From the NCBI GenBank assembly GCA_963695545.1, contig OY968796.1, positions 480,001 through 544,000 on the forward strand: 64,000 nucleotides of DNA, in the 5' to 3' direction. The DNA comes from Terriglobia bacterium. GTDB taxonomy: Bacteria > Acidobacteriota > Terriglobia > Acidiferrales > UBA7541. Positions within the stretch are counted from its first letter, which is position 1. Each line of letters opens with the position of its first letter. Below, in pieces: positions 8,706 through 19,568 of this stretch. The notes below the pieces were generated by a model that searched no databases, was not told the DNA's origin, and worked only from the letters and a program-made list of their open reading frames with translations. The translations under genes and the position numbers were made by a program.

Positions 8706-10526
8706 TCAGTGCGCCCCCGCCGGCGTCGCGCGCTTCGCCGGCTCGATCACCGCACCGAACCATCCCGGCTCGAGTCCTTCGACGCGAGCTCCGTGCGCAG
8801 AGGCCAGTGCCACAAGCTCACCCGCGCGATCCGTGCGCGCCAAAACAAATACAGGTTGTGTGCGCATCGCAAGCCACGCCGCGAAGCGATCCGGCGCGAC
8901 AATCGAAGGAGGCCAGTCTTGTTCGCTCGGGCTCGTCGCAACCAAATGCGCGATGTAGTTGCTGGTGGTTTCGGCGCCGTCGCGGCTCACCAGGAAAACG
9001 GGCCGCCCAAGATAATACGGCAGCCCCGTCGAGAAACATTCCAGCATCGCGACGTCGCCGCTGGGATTTTCCATCTCGATGCGCTCGGCCAGCGGCCGCG
9101 ACGACACCGAATCCGCGTACGCGCGAAACTCTCTGCGACCGGCGATCATCGTCACTGGGAGGAACAGCAAGAATCCCGCGAACGCCACGCGGCACGATCG
9201 CAACACGCGCGCCGTCGCCGTCGTCACGCCGAGCACCACGAGCGCCACCAGCAACGGAGCGAACAGACCGCGCAAGAGCAGACTCTGCGCGTTGCGCACG
9301 CCAAACGCCGGCAGCAGCGCGCGCACGTGGAACACATCCACCGCCAGCAGCGCCGCAAGCGCCAGGCTCGCGACCGCCGCAATCACCGCGGCCCGCAACA
9401 CCAATCGCGCCGCGCGACCGCGAGGTTTCTCCCATGCCAGCGCGAACACTCGGGCGACGAGAACTCCCAGCGCCACGATGCCCGGCAAAACGTACTGCGG
9501 CAGCTTGGAGTGCGAAACGGAAAAGATCAGCACGACGACGATCGCCGCGACGCCGAACAATCGGTCGGCCGGCAGAGCCCGCGCCCGCGCGCGCCATCCC
9601 GCAACGATCGCTTCCGGCAAAATCGCGCTCCACGGAAAGAAAAATCCCGCGATCACCGGCACATAGTAATAGAAAGGACCGGGCCGATTGAATTTCGCCG
9701 TCGTGAAACGCTCCAGCGATTCTTCCACGATGCCGTAGTGAGGAAAATCCGGCCGCCGCAAACTGACGGCCACGAACCAGGCGAGAACAAGAATGAGAAA
9801 CACCGCGAGATTAATCGGCGAAAATAATCGCCACACCATGCCGCGCTTCCGCTCAACCGCCGCCAGCGCGAGCAACACCAGCAGGGGCACCAGAAAACCG
9901 ATCGGCCCCTTGATCAGCGTGGCCGTCGCTGCGGCAACTGCGCTCGCCGCCCACCAAAGTCGCCGCGCGCCGCCGGATTTTTCTTCCGCCACGTACGCCG
10001 CGAACAGCGATGCCCAGATCGCGAGCGCGAGACCCATATCGAAAATCACCATGCGCGCCAAACCAAGAAACATCGGCGTTGTCGCCAGCACAACCGCCGC
10101 CAGCGCGCCCGTGCGCCAGCCATACTCGCGCCGGCAAAAAACAAACACCATCGCCAGCAGCGCAAAACCGAAAAGCGCTGAGGGAAGTCGCGCGGCAGCC
10201 TCCGATTTGCCGAACACGGAAAGTGAAATAGCCACGGTGCGGAAATAAAACGCGGGCTTATCGAGATACGGGATGCCGTTATAGAGCGGAACCAGCCACG
10301 CTCCCGCCTTTTGCATTTCGAGCGCAACCGCGGCGTTGCGCCCTTCGTCGGGATTCAGCAGCGCCCAACTCCCGAGTCCGCAGAAAATGCAAGCCGCGGC
10401 AAACACGAACGCAACAACGCTCCACGTGCGCTGCCCACGTTGCGTGCTTGGACCGCGCTCGGACAAAGCCGGATGCGCTTCTCCCGCAGTCTGCGCGCTG
10501 CTCGCGCCGGCGGCGGATTCAGTCAT
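8706..10526 (-). CDS. ArnT-like polyprenyl-phosphate-sugar glycosyltransferase (GT-C fold)
   Basis: PDEGRNA…EM, YLDKPAFYF, AARLPSA, LIKGPIG, SHSKLPQYVLP, many TM segments. Confidence 0.88.
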   Translation of the reverse strand: MTESAAGASSAQTAGEAHPALSERGPSTQRGQRTWSVVAFVFAAACIFCGLGSWALLNPDEGRNAAVALEMQKAGAWLVPLYNGIPYLDKPAFYFRTVAISLSVFGKSEAAARLPSALFGFALLAMVFVFCRREYGWRTGALAAVVLATTPMFLGLARMVIFDMGLALAIWASLFAAYVAEEKSGGARRLWWAASAVAAATATLIKGPIGFLVPLLVLLALAAVERKRGMVWRLFSPINLAVFLILVLAWFVAVSLRRPDFPHYGIVEESLERFTTAKFNRPGPFYYYVPVIAGFFFPWSAILPEAIVAGWRARARALPADRLFGVAAIVVVLIFSVSHSKLPQYVLPGIVALGVLVARVFALAWEKPRGRAARLVLRAAVIAAVASLALAALLAVDVFHVRALLPAFGVRNAQSLLLRGLFAPLLVALVVLGVTTATARVLRSCRVAFAGFLLFLPVTMIAGRREFRAYADSVSSRPLAERIEMENPSGDVAMLECFSTGLPYYLGRPVFLVSRDGAETTSNYIAHLVATSPSEQDWPPSIVAPDRFAAWLAMRTQPVFVLARTDRAGELVALASAHGARVEGLEPGWFGAVIEPAKRATPAGAH

Positions 10527-11328
10527 CGAGACGCATCGGGCGCGGCGGCACGGTGCGTTCGGCGCCAGACGGAGCGCTCAATTCCACCGCCTGCGGCCGC
10601 TTCATTCTGCGCTCGAGCCACATCACGCCGGCGAGATCCACGATGCTCACCCACAGCCGATCGAAAACTCCGTAGTGCGTTTTGCCGCGCTGCCGCGGCC
10701 GGTGTGAGACCTCGACGGAAACTACGCGGCCGCCGGCGGTTTGCACAAGCGAAGGGAGGAAGCGGTGCATGTGATCGAATTGCGGCAGCGCGAGAAAAGT
10801 TTCGCGCGAGAAAAGTTTCAAGCCGCAGCCCGTGTCGGGCGTTCCGTCGCGCAGCGCCATGCGCCGCACGGTGTTGGCGATGCGCGATGACGCGCGTTTA
10901 ATCCACGTGTCGCGCCGGCGGCGGCGATTTCCGCAAATCAATTGCGGCGCTTCAGCGTGATGCGGATCGTGCAGAACCGCGAGCAGCGCGGGGATGTCGG
11001 CGGGATCGTTCTGGCCATCGCCATCGAGCGTGACGATCCACGGCGCGCGCGCGCTGCGAACCCCGGTGATCAGCGCGGCGCTTTGCCCGCCCGGCTCGCT
11101 ATGCCGGATTACACGCAGCGCCGGCGACGCGCTCATCGCGGCGCCAAGAATTTGCGGCGTCGAGTCGCGGCTGCCGTCATCGACGCAAAGGATTTCATAT
11201 GTTTCGAGGCCTTCGAGCGCCGCTTGAATTTCCGCGAGCAGCGGCTCGATATTTTCCGCTTCGTCGCGCACCGGGACGACGACGGAAATCGCCGGAGGAA
11301 GGCCGAGATCGACAGGGTCGGGTTTCAC
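10519..11328 (-). CDS. GT2 polyprenyl-phosphate glycosyltransferase (ArnC/DPM1-like)
   Basis: SVVVPVRDE, VDDGSRD, GQSAAL, TLDGDGQNDP, PDTGCGLK, MHRFLP; GTG start at 11328 is tentative. Confidence 0.88.
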   Translation of the reverse strand: MKPDPVDLGLPPAISVVVPVRDEAENIEPLLAEIQAALEGLETYEILCVDDGSRDSTPQILGAAMSASPALRVIRHSEPGGQSAALITGVRSARAPWIVTLDGDGQNDPADIPALLAVLHDPHHAEAPQLICGNRRRRRDTWIKRASSRIANTVRRMALRDGTPDTGCGLKLFSRETFLALPQFDHMHRFLPSLVQTAGGRVVSVEVSHRPRQRGKTHYGVFDRLWVSIVDLAGVMWLERRMKRPQAVELSAPSGAERTVPPRPMRLDD

Positions 11329-11887
11329 GCGAGACGCCGGCGCCCGCGCAGGATGCGGCGCGCCCCTCCTCGAATGCCAGGAAATTCTCTCGTTTGGGAT
11401 GCTACCACAATCGCGGACGTTGCCGTTGCGACGGCGGCGGGGGCGGTGCATCCGTCGGACGCTCCACGCCGTCGAATGAAGCGAGCACTGCGATCGCGCG
11501 CGACGCTAGACCGCTGCTGAAAACGGATGACGGGAGAGTGCGGATTGCCTGCGACACGAGTCGGCCGCTGCCGCGTGATGCAACAGACCGGCCGACTCAC
11601 GACGCAACAACCGTAAACGGATCGCGATTGGAAAGGCATAAAGAAGACATAAGGATTTTATAAATCGACAATAGGTTAGAGCGCCGCGATCCGTGCGGCT
11701 GGGCGATCTGCTCCGCGGTGGAGGGCCAGAACACGGCTCATTCGAGCGGCTCGCCGCATTTGGCGCCGCGCGGAAACGCTTAACACCCGCGCCAACGCCG
11801 CTTTTGCGCGGGGCTGTGGATACGCGGTAGAATCTGGCGGTCTTGCCAGAGGAACGCATACACTTCCGCAACCATACGAGGCGCAGC

Positions 11888-13459
11888 ATGAAGCGAATCA
11901 GTTTTCTCATTGTCGCATCAATTGCCGTGATTGGGTTTGGCTGCGTCATGAACGCTCGCGCGCAGGCGCCTGCGCCGGGCGCGTCCGCGGAAGCGAAGCC
12001 CGCCGACGCGAAACCCGCCGGCGACACCACACCCAAGGAAGAGTCGTCGGTCACCGACCACACGATCAAACTGGGCAACGAAACGATTCCCTACAAGGCC
12101 ACGGCCGGGACAATTCTGTTGAAGGACGACAACGACAAACCGATCGCCAGCATTTTCTATGTGGCCTACGTTCGCAGCGACGTCAAGGACACGAGCGAGC
12201 GGCCGCTGGCGATCATTTATAACGGCGGACCGGGATCGGCTTCGGTGCCGCTGCACATGGGAGCGTTCGGACCGAAACGCATCGTCACGTCCGATGCGGA
12301 GGCCACGCCGCCGGCGCCCTATCGTTTGGTCGACAACACGAACTGTTTGCTCGACGCGGCGGATCTGGTTTTCATCGATCCGGTGGGCACTGGATACAGC
12401 AAGGTGGTCGGCGACGGAAAGGGCAAGGATTTTTGGGGCATCGACGAAGACGCGAAATCGCTCGCGCAATTCATCACCATCTACGTGAATCGCAACAACC
12501 GGTGGAATTCGCCGAAGTTTCTGATCGGCGAAAGCTACGGAACATTTCGCGACGCGGTTCTGGTGGATTATTTGCAGAACCACGAGGACATGTATTTCAA
12601 CGGCATCGTAATGATCTCGACGGTTCTGGATTTCGAGGTGCTTTCATTCAACCCGGGCGAGGACCTCTCGTACGTTCTCTATTTACCCAGCTACGCCGCC
12701 GCCGCGTGGTATCAAAAGACTCTGGCCGACCGACCGGCGGACTTGACCACCTTCCTGAACGAAGCGCGGCAGTTCGCGTCAACCGATTACGCAACGGCGC
12801 TTGCCAAGGGCTCAACGCTGCCCGCTGCCGAGCGCGCCGAAATCGTAAAAAAATTGGCGCATTTCACCGGCCTGAGCGAAGACTATATCTCGAGCGCCAA
12901 TCTGCGAGTCAGCCTGCCTCAGTTCATGAGCGAGCTCGAACGGAGCAAGGGCCTGACCATCGGGCGCTATGACGCGCGTTTCTCCGGGCCGATCTACGAT
13001 CCACTCGAGGAGTACGCGGCGTACGATCCGCAGTCGGCAGCGGTCTCCGGCGCGTTCGCGGCATCATTCAATCAATATCTGCGCGAAGATCTGCAATTCA
13101 ACAAGGATCAGGAATACCAAATGCTGAGCTATCCGGTGAACGCAGGCTGGGACTGGGATCACAAAGTTCCCGGCGTCTACACGCTGCGGGCCGCGCCAAA
13201 CGCCGAAGAGGATTTGGTGGACGCCCTGATTACGAACACGCATCTGCAGGTCGAAGTCGAAAACGGATTGTTCGATCTGGCCACGCCCTTTTTCGCCACC
13301 GAATACACCATGGACCACCTGAATCTGCCGGAGAGTTTGCGCGGCAACATCCATCTTCAGTATTACGACGCGGGCCACATGATGTATCTGCACGAGGACG
13401 ATCTCACAAAGCTGAAGGGCAACATCGCGAACTTCATCGCGAACGCATCGAAACACTGA
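11888..13459 (+). CDS. Secreted serine carboxypeptidase, peptidase S10 family
   Basis: Signal peptide, YNGGPGSAS, DPVGTGYS, GESYG nucleophile motif, DLATPF, AGHMMY. Confidence 0.9.
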   Translation: MKRISFLIVASIAVIGFGCVMNARAQAPAPGASAEAKPADAKPAGDTTPKEESSVTDHTIKLGNETIPYKATAGTILLKDDNDKPIASIFYVAYVRSDVKDTSERPLAIIYNGGPGSASVPLHMGAFGPKRIVTSDAEATPPAPYRLVDNTNCLLDAADLVFIDPVGTGYSKVVGDGKGKDFWGIDEDAKSLAQFITIYVNRNNRWNSPKFLIGESYGTFRDAVLVDYLQNHEDMYFNGIVMISTVLDFEVLSFNPGEDLSYVLYLPSYAAAAWYQKTLADRPADLTTFLNEARQFASTDYATALAKGSTLPAAERAEIVKKLAHFTGLSEDYISSANLRVSLPQFMSELERSKGLTIGRYDARFSGPIYDPLEEYAAYDPQSAAVSGAFAASFNQYLREDLQFNKDQEYQMLSYPVNAGWDWDHKVPGVYTLRAAPNAEEDLVDALITNTHLQVEVENGLFDLATPFFATEYTMDHLNLPESLRGNIHLQYYDAGHMMYLHEDDLTKLKGNIANFIANASKH

Positions 13460-13516
13460 GACAGCGGCGGCCGAGTACTGGACTTCCGCGCGTCGAACAC
13501 GGGCTGAACAAACATC

Positions 13517-15952
13517 ATGCGTCGCATCGAGAGCGTCGTGGTTCTGGGAGCGGGCACGATGGGCTCGCGGATCGCGGCGCACATGGCCAATGCCGGCGTG
13601 GCGTGCTCGCTGCTGGACATCGCGCCGAAATCGCTCACACCTGAAGAACAAGCCAAGGCGCTCGCGCTCGATGATCCCGCGGTGCGCAATCGCATCGTGC
13701 GCGCGGGACTTGAATCCGCAGTGCGCGCGCGGCCCGCGGCTTTTTTCACGCCGGGGCTTGAGCGCAACATCCGCATTGGGAATTTCGACGACAACCTCGA
13801 TTGGTGCGCGGCGGCCGACTGGATCATCGAGGCCGTCGCCGAGAATCTTGAGATCAAGCGCGCGCTGCTGGGACGCGTGGCGGCGCAATGCAAGCCCGAC
13901 GCGATTGTTACGACGAACACTTCCGGGCTGCCGATTGCGCGCATCGCCGAAGGACTGCCTGAGCCATTCGGCCGCAACTGGGCGGGAACGCATTTCTTCA
14001 ATCCTCCGCGTTATTTGAAACTCGTCGAACTGATCCCTGGTCCTGAAACAGCAAGCGACGTGCTCGAAACGCTGGCGGATTTCTGCGACCGGCGGCTCGG
14101 CAAAGGCGTAGTTGTCGCGAAGGACACGCCGAATTTCATCGCCAACCGCATCGGCACGTTTTCGATGCTCAACGTGCTGCGCGTGATGAGCGAGCTTCGC
14201 ATGACCATCGAACAGGTGGACGCGTGCACGGGACCGGCGGTCGGCTGGCCGAAATCGGCGACGTTTCGCTTGGCCGACATCGTGGGATTGGACGTTTTCG
14301 TGAACGTGATTCGCAACATTTACGAAAACGCGCCGAGCGACGAATCGCGCGAGATCTATCGCGTGCCGCCGCTGATTGAAGAATTGGCGCGGCGCGGGTG
14401 GATTGGCGAAAAGGCCGGGCGCGGATTTTACCAGCGCGTGCGGCGCGGCAGCGGCGAAAGCGAAATTTTGACGCTCGATCCGGCCACCATGGAATATCGG
14501 CCGCGGCAGAAAGCGCGATTCGCGTCGATCGAAATGGGGCGCACGATCGAAGACACGCGCGAGCGGTTGCGCGTGCTGGTCGGTCCCGTGATGGAAGGAA
14601 AAGAAGGCGATCTGGCGCAGCGCTTTCTGTGGGCCACGCTTTCGCGCATGTGCCTTTACGCGGCGCGGCGTATTCCGGAAATCGCGGACCGGGTGATGGA
14701 TGCGGATCGCGCGATGCGCTGGGGATTTGGCTGGGAATTGGGGCCGTTTGAAATTTGGGACGCGCTGGGCGTGGAAGTAATGGCGCGGCGCTTGGAAAAG
14801 GAAGATGAACCGCTGCCGCCGCTAGTGACCGCGCTGCTCGCTTCTGGGCGCAAGACCTTTTACGAAAGTTCGCAGGGCGAAACGCGCTACTTCGATCTTG
14901 CCATCAAGAATCTGAACACCGCAGCGGAACCCGAAGGTATCCTGATTCTGAAATCGCTGAAAGAGCGATCGAAAGAAATCGCGCGGAATTCGGGCGCGAG
15001 CTTGATCGATCTGGGCGACGGCGTGATTTGCTGCGAATTTCACAGCAAGATGAATACGCTGGGCAGCGAAACATTCGCGATGATGCACGCGGGCTTGAAG
15101 CGGCTGCACACGGATTTCGAGGCCATGATTATCGCCAACCAGGCGAAAAACTTTTCCGTGGGCGCGAACCTGATGCTTTTGCTGATGGGCGCGCAAGAGC
15201 AGGAGTGGGACGAAATCGACGCGGTGCTGCGGCAATTCCAGAACGTGAATCTGGCGATCAAGCATTCGCCACGGCCGGTAGTTTGCGCGCCGCAAGGGAT
15301 GGCGCTGGGCGGCGGCTGCGAAATTTCGCTGCACGCGGCGCGGATTCACTGTGCTGCTGAGGCCTACATCGGGCTGGTGGAAACGGGCGTCGGCCTGATT
15401 CCGGCGGGCGGCGGAAGCAAGGAAATGTTGATTCGCGCGAATGAGCACGCGGCGGGCGCGGAAGATCTTGATCTGTTTCACGCACTGAAGCCGATTTTTG
15501 AAAATATCGCGATGGCCAAAGTTTCGACCAGCGGCGAAGAGGCGCGCACGCTGGGCTACCTGCGCCCTGCCGATCTGGTGGCCATGAACGGCGATCGTTT
15601 GGTGGCCGACGCGAAGGCCACGGCGCTGGCGCTGGCGCGCGCGGGTTACCGGCCGGCGCATCCGGCGCCCGGCGCGCCTTCGATTCGCGTGCTTGGCGAG
15701 GAATTTTTGGCCGCGGCGAAATTGGCGATTCACATGCTTTTGCGCGGCGAGTACATCAGTGACTACGACGCGACGGTCGCGCGCAAACTCGCGAACGTGC
15801 TGGCGGGCGGCGCGCTATCGGCGACGCAGCTCGTGAGCGAGCAATACATTCTCGATCTCGAGCGCGAAGCGTTCATCTCGCTGTCGGGTGAGCGCAAGAC
15901 GCAGGAGCGCATCGCGCACACGCTGAAGACCGGCAAACCGCTGCGCAATTGA
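13517..15952 (+). CDS. fadN: 3-hydroxyacyl-CoA dehydrogenase/enoyl-CoA hydratase (FadN-type)
   Basis: GAGTMG, EAVAE, TNTSG, HFFNPPRY, FIANRIG, C-terminal GGGCE…GLVETGVGLIP, GKPLRN end. Confidence 0.92.
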   Translation: MRRIESVVVLGAGTMGSRIAAHMANAGVACSLLDIAPKSLTPEEQAKALALDDPAVRNRIVRAGLESAVRARPAAFFTPGLERNIRIGNFDDNLDWCAAADWIIEAVAENLEIKRALLGRVAAQCKPDAIVTTNTSGLPIARIAEGLPEPFGRNWAGTHFFNPPRYLKLVELIPGPETASDVLETLADFCDRRLGKGVVVAKDTPNFIANRIGTFSMLNVLRVMSELRMTIEQVDACTGPAVGWPKSATFRLADIVGLDVFVNVIRNIYENAPSDESREIYRVPPLIEELARRGWIGEKAGRGFYQRVRRGSGESEILTLDPATMEYRPRQKARFASIEMGRTIEDTRERLRVLVGPVMEGKEGDLAQRFLWATLSRMCLYAARRIPEIADRVMDADRAMRWGFGWELGPFEIWDALGVEVMARRLEKEDEPLPPLVTALLASGRKTFYESSQGETRYFDLAIKNLNTAAEPEGILILKSLKERSKEIARNSGASLIDLGDGVICCEFHSKMNTLGSETFAMMHAGLKRLHTDFEAMIIANQAKNFSVGANLMLLLMGAQEQEWDEIDAVLRQFQNVNLAIKHSPRPVVCAPQGMALGGGCEISLHAARIHCAAEAYIGLVETGVGLIPAGGGSKEMLIRANEHAAGAEDLDLFHALKPIFENIAMAKVSTSGEEARTLGYLRPADLVAMNGDRLVADAKATALALARAGYRPAHPAPGAPSIRVLGEEFLAAAKLAIHMLLRGEYISDYDATVARKLANVLAGGALSATQLVSEQYILDLEREAFISLSGERKTQERIAHTLKTGKPLRN

Positions 15953-15975
15953 TGATCGCTACGGAGACGCGGGCG

Positions 15976-16170
15976 ATGACTCGGTTTAAAGAACTGAAAA
16001 GGATTGAACAGGCTATCGAACACAAGAACGAAGCCGAGCTTCGATGGGCGCTGGGCTACTGCGCGATGAGACGCAAACTCGCGGCGACAGTTCATACGAT
16101 GAGAAAACAAGAAAAGTACTGGCGTCAGATGGAGAGTAAGGTTCGCTCCGCACTCGAAACTTCAAAATGA
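15976..16170 (+). CDS. Small basic hypothetical protein inside the fad operon
   Basis: GGAGA RBS, 64-aa ORF, visibly more AT-rich than flanking genes. Confidence 0.55.
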   Translation: MTRFKELKRIEQAIEHKNEAELRWALGYCAMRRKLAATVHTMRKQEKYWRQMESKVRSALETSK

Positions 16171-16289
16171 GTCACTGCTGGCATGGCCCGCGTCTTGCAT
16201 TTTTCTCCTTCGAGGCATCCAATGAGATGGATTGGTACAGCTAGTCGATGGCGGTGCGCGAACCACGCGGTTCGCGGGAGGCGGTGTCT

Positions 16290-17504
16290 ATGCGCGATGC
16301 CGTGATTGTCAGCGCGGTGCGCACGGCGGTGGGCAAGGCCGGCCGTGGCTCTTTGCGCGCTACGCGACCTGATGATTTGGCAGCGATTGCGATTCGCGGC
16401 GCGCTGGATCGTGTTCCTGGACTCGACCCCAAAGAGATTGACGATGTGATTCTGGGTTGCGCCATGCCGGAAGCCGAGCAAGGCATGAACGTGGCGCGGA
16501 TCGCGGCGCTGCGCGCCGGACTGCCGGTGGAATGCTCGGCGATGACCGTGAATCGGTTCTGCTCGTCGGGACTGCAATCGATCGCCATGGCTGCCGAACG
16601 CATCGCGGGCGGCGGCGCGGAAGTGATCGTGGCCGGGGGCACCGAATCGATGAGTATGGTGCCGATGGGCGGGAACAAAATCGCGCCGAATCCGTGGCTG
16701 ATGGACAACTATCCGGATTCTTATCTCGGCATGGGATTGACCGCGGAAAATCTGGCGCGGAAATATTCGATCACGCGCGAGCAGGCTGATGAATTTTCGC
16801 TGGCCAGTCACAGAAAGGCGGTGGCAGCGGCCGCGGCTGGATATTTTCGCAATGAGATCGTGCCGGTTGAAGTGCGAATGACGGCGGCGGGCAATGGATC
16901 GAATGGAAGCGCCCACGCGGCCGCGCGCGCGGCGACGGCGCAAACTACCGTGTCGCGATTCGACGCGGACGAATGTCCGCGCGCGGACACTTCGCTTGAA
17001 GCGCTCGCAAAATTAAAGCCCGCATTTCACGCGCACGGCACGGTGACGGCCGGAAATAGTTCGCCGACGAGCGATGGCGCCGCGGCGGCCGTGGTGATGA
17101 GCGCGGAGCGCGCACGCGCGCTCGGCGCGAAACCGCTCGCTCGTTTCGTGGCGTTCGCGACTGCGGGCTGCCCGCCGGAAGAGATGGGCGTGGGGCCGGT
17201 GTTTGCGATTCCGAAGGCGCTGCGACTTGCGGGCTTGAAGCTCGATCAGATCGAGGTGATCGAATTGAACGAAGCGTTCGCTGCGCAGGCGCTCAGCGTG
17301 ATCCGGCTCGCGGGGCTTGATCCGGCGCGCGTCAATCTGAATGGCGGCGCGATCGCGCTGGGACATCCGCTGGGGTGCACGGGAGCGAAGCTGGTGGCCA
17401 CGTTGATCGGCGAGCTTGAGCGGCGCGGCGCGCGATACGGACTGGTGACGATGTGCATCGGCGGCGGAATGGGCGCGGCCGGAATTTTTGAGCGCCTGAA
17501 CTAA
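16290..17504 (+). CDS. fadA: Acetyl-CoA acyltransferase (thiolase)
   Basis: [36 protein letters not shown]. Confidence 0.95.
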   Translation: MRDAVIVSAVRTAVGKAGRGSLRATRPDDLAAIAIRGALDRVPGLDPKEIDDVILGCAMPEAEQGMNVARIAALRAGLPVECSAMTVNRFCSSGLQSIAMAAERIAGGGAEVIVAGGTESMSMVPMGGNKIAPNPWLMDNYPDSYLGMGLTAENLARKYSITREQADEFSLASHRKAVAAAAAGYFRNEIVPVEVRMTAAGNGSNGSAHAAARAATAQTTVSRFDADECPRADTSLEALAKLKPAFHAHGTVTAGNSSPTSDGAAAAVVMSAERARALGAKPLARFVAFATAGCPPEEMGVGPVFAIPKALRLAGLKLDQIEVIELNEAFAAQALSVIRLAGLDPARVNLNGGAIALGHPLGCTGAKLVATLIGELERRGARYGLVTMCIGGGMGAAGIFERLN

Positions 17505-17557
17505 AGCGCGGCGAGCGAATCGTCCAGACAAGAAGCGGGGAGAAAGAAGGATTGTCG

Positions 17558-19357
17558 ATGCCCACGACGACAGCCAAGCGAAGTGTGACGCGCGGCGGCG
17601 GATTCCTGGTGGAATCGTGCGCGCCGCAAGATTTGTTCACGCCTGCGGATTTATCCGACGACCACAAGCTGATCGGCCAAACGGCCGAAGAGTTCGCTAC
17701 CAAAGAAGTGCTGCCGCTCGCCACTGATCTGGAATTGCATAAAGAAGGGTTGATGGCGGGGCTGTTGAAACAATCGGCGGAACTTGGCTTGCTTGCTGGG
17801 GGCGTGCCGGAAGCTTACGGCGGATTGGGGCTGGACAAGGTTTCGACCACGATCATGTCGGAAAAGCTGGCGGTGTACGCGTCATTCGCGGTGAGCCACG
17901 GCGGACACGCGGGCATTGGGACGCTGCCGATCGTTTATTTCGGCACCGAAGAACAGAAGCGGAAATATTTGCCGAAGCTCGCGTGCGGCGAATGGCTGGG
18001 ATGCTATTGCCTCTCCGAGCCGCAGGCCGGATCCGACGCGCAGAATTCCAAGACGCGCGCGGTGCTTTCCGCCGACGGGCGCAACTGGATTTTGAACGGC
18101 CAGAAAATGTGGATCACCAATGGCGGATTCGCCGACGTGTACGTGGTGTTTGCAAAAGTGGATGGCGAAAAGTTTTCGTGTTTTCTGGTGGAGCGCGGCA
18201 CGCCGGGTCTTACCACCGGCGCGGAAGAGAAAAAAATGGGGCTCAAGGGCAGCTCGACAGTGCCCATCTTTTTCGAGAACTGCGCGATACCCAAGGAAAA
18301 TCTGCTGCACGAAATCGGCCGCGGCCACATCGTCGCGTTCAACGTGCTGAACGCGGGGCGATTCAGTCTGGGCGCGTATTGCCTGGGCGGCTCGAAAAAA
18401 ATGATCGAGGTCGCCGCGAAATACGCCAAGGAGCGCGTGGCCTTCGGAAAACCGATCGCGGAGTTCGGCTTGATCCGCGCGAAGCTGGCGGAGATGGCCG
18501 TGCGCGTTTTCGCGGCGGAATCGATGGTGTATCGCACGGCGGGGCTGATGGATTTTGCGATCGCGGCCGCGGAGCCTGCGGCGGATAAAACCGCGACGGG
18601 AATGAAAGTGCTCGAGGAGTACGCCATCGAAAGCTCGATCAACAAAGTTTACGGCAGCGAGGTGCTGAGCTTCGCCGTGGATGAGGCCGTGCAGATTTTC
18701 GGCGGCTACGGTTTTCATGAGGAATATCCGGTGGCGCGCGCGTATCGCGATTCGCGGGTCAATCGGATCTTCGAGGGCACAAACGAAATCAATCGCATGC
18801 TCGTGATCCAAATGCTGATGAAGCGCGCGCTTTCGGGCGCCGTGCCTCTGCTGGCCGCGGGCGCGAAGCTGCAAGAGGAGATTTTGGCCGGGCCGTCGTT
18901 TGAAGAAGCCACGGAAGGCGATTGGGCCGCGGAGGATCGGCTTGTGGAGGGAATGAAGAAAGCGTTTCTTTTGGCCGCGGGCGCCGCAACGCAGAAACAT
19001 CGCGAGCAATTGGCAGAGCAGCAGGAAATCGTCGGCGCGCTTGCAAATATTGTGATGGACTGTTTTGCCGCGGAATCGTGCGTGCGGCGCGCGCAGAAAT
19101 CCGAATCCGTGCGCGGCGCCGCAGCCGCCGCTGCTATGGCCGACGCCGCGCGCCTGTGCTTGCACGATGCGGCAGTGAACGTGGAATCGTCAGCGCGCAC
19201 GGTGCTCAGCGCAGTCGCGGAAGGCGATGCGCTGCGCACGCAACTTGCTGTTCTTCGGCGATTCCTGAAGCGCGAGCCGGTGGATTCGATCGCCATGCGC
19301 CGGCGCATCGCAGACGCGGTGGAAGCAGGCGATCGATATCCGTTCGAAGGGCGCTGA
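17558..19357 (+). CDS. fadE: Acyl-CoA dehydrogenase (FadE-type)
   Basis: LSEPQAGSDA, NGQKMWITNG, KMGLKGSST, QIFGGYG, RIFEGTNEINR. Confidence 0.92.
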   Translation: MPTTTAKRSVTRGGGFLVESCAPQDLFTPADLSDDHKLIGQTAEEFATKEVLPLATDLELHKEGLMAGLLKQSAELGLLAGGVPEAYGGLGLDKVSTTIMSEKLAVYASFAVSHGGHAGIGTLPIVYFGTEEQKRKYLPKLACGEWLGCYCLSEPQAGSDAQNSKTRAVLSADGRNWILNGQKMWITNGGFADVYVVFAKVDGEKFSCFLVERGTPGLTTGAEEKKMGLKGSSTVPIFFENCAIPKENLLHEIGRGHIVAFNVLNAGRFSLGAYCLGGSKKMIEVAAKYAKERVAFGKPIAEFGLIRAKLAEMAVRVFAAESMVYRTAGLMDFAIAAAEPAADKTATGMKVLEEYAIESSINKVYGSEVLSFAVDEAVQIFGGYGFHEEYPVARAYRDSRVNRIFEGTNEINRMLVIQMLMKRALSGAVPLLAAGAKLQEEILAGPSFEEATEGDWAAEDRLVEGMKKAFLLAAGAATQKHREQLAEQQEIVGALANIVMDCFAAESCVRRAQKSESVRGAAAAAAMADAARLCLHDAAVNVESSARTVLSAVAEGDALRTQLAVLRRFLKREPVDSIAMRRRIADAVEAGDRYPFEGR

Positions 19358-19568
19358 CACAAATTGGCACTTTGCTGCAAACAATTCCCTTCCTAATATT
19401 GGAATAGTTGGTTCCGGAAACAGTACTACTTTCCGTGGCCCGTACGTACTGCCTCGCTTTGAGCCGCCGTACTATCGCCGGCACAACGACTTAGCGCTTT
19501 AATAGAGTTGAGCCAATTGGACAGCCATTTGCATCCAATCTGGTGAAGAGGAAAGGAACCTCGAATTC

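Noticed and set aside
19364..19380. sigma54 promoter TTGGCACTTTGCTGCAA
   Set aside because: GG-to-GC spacing is 9 nt rather than the required 10
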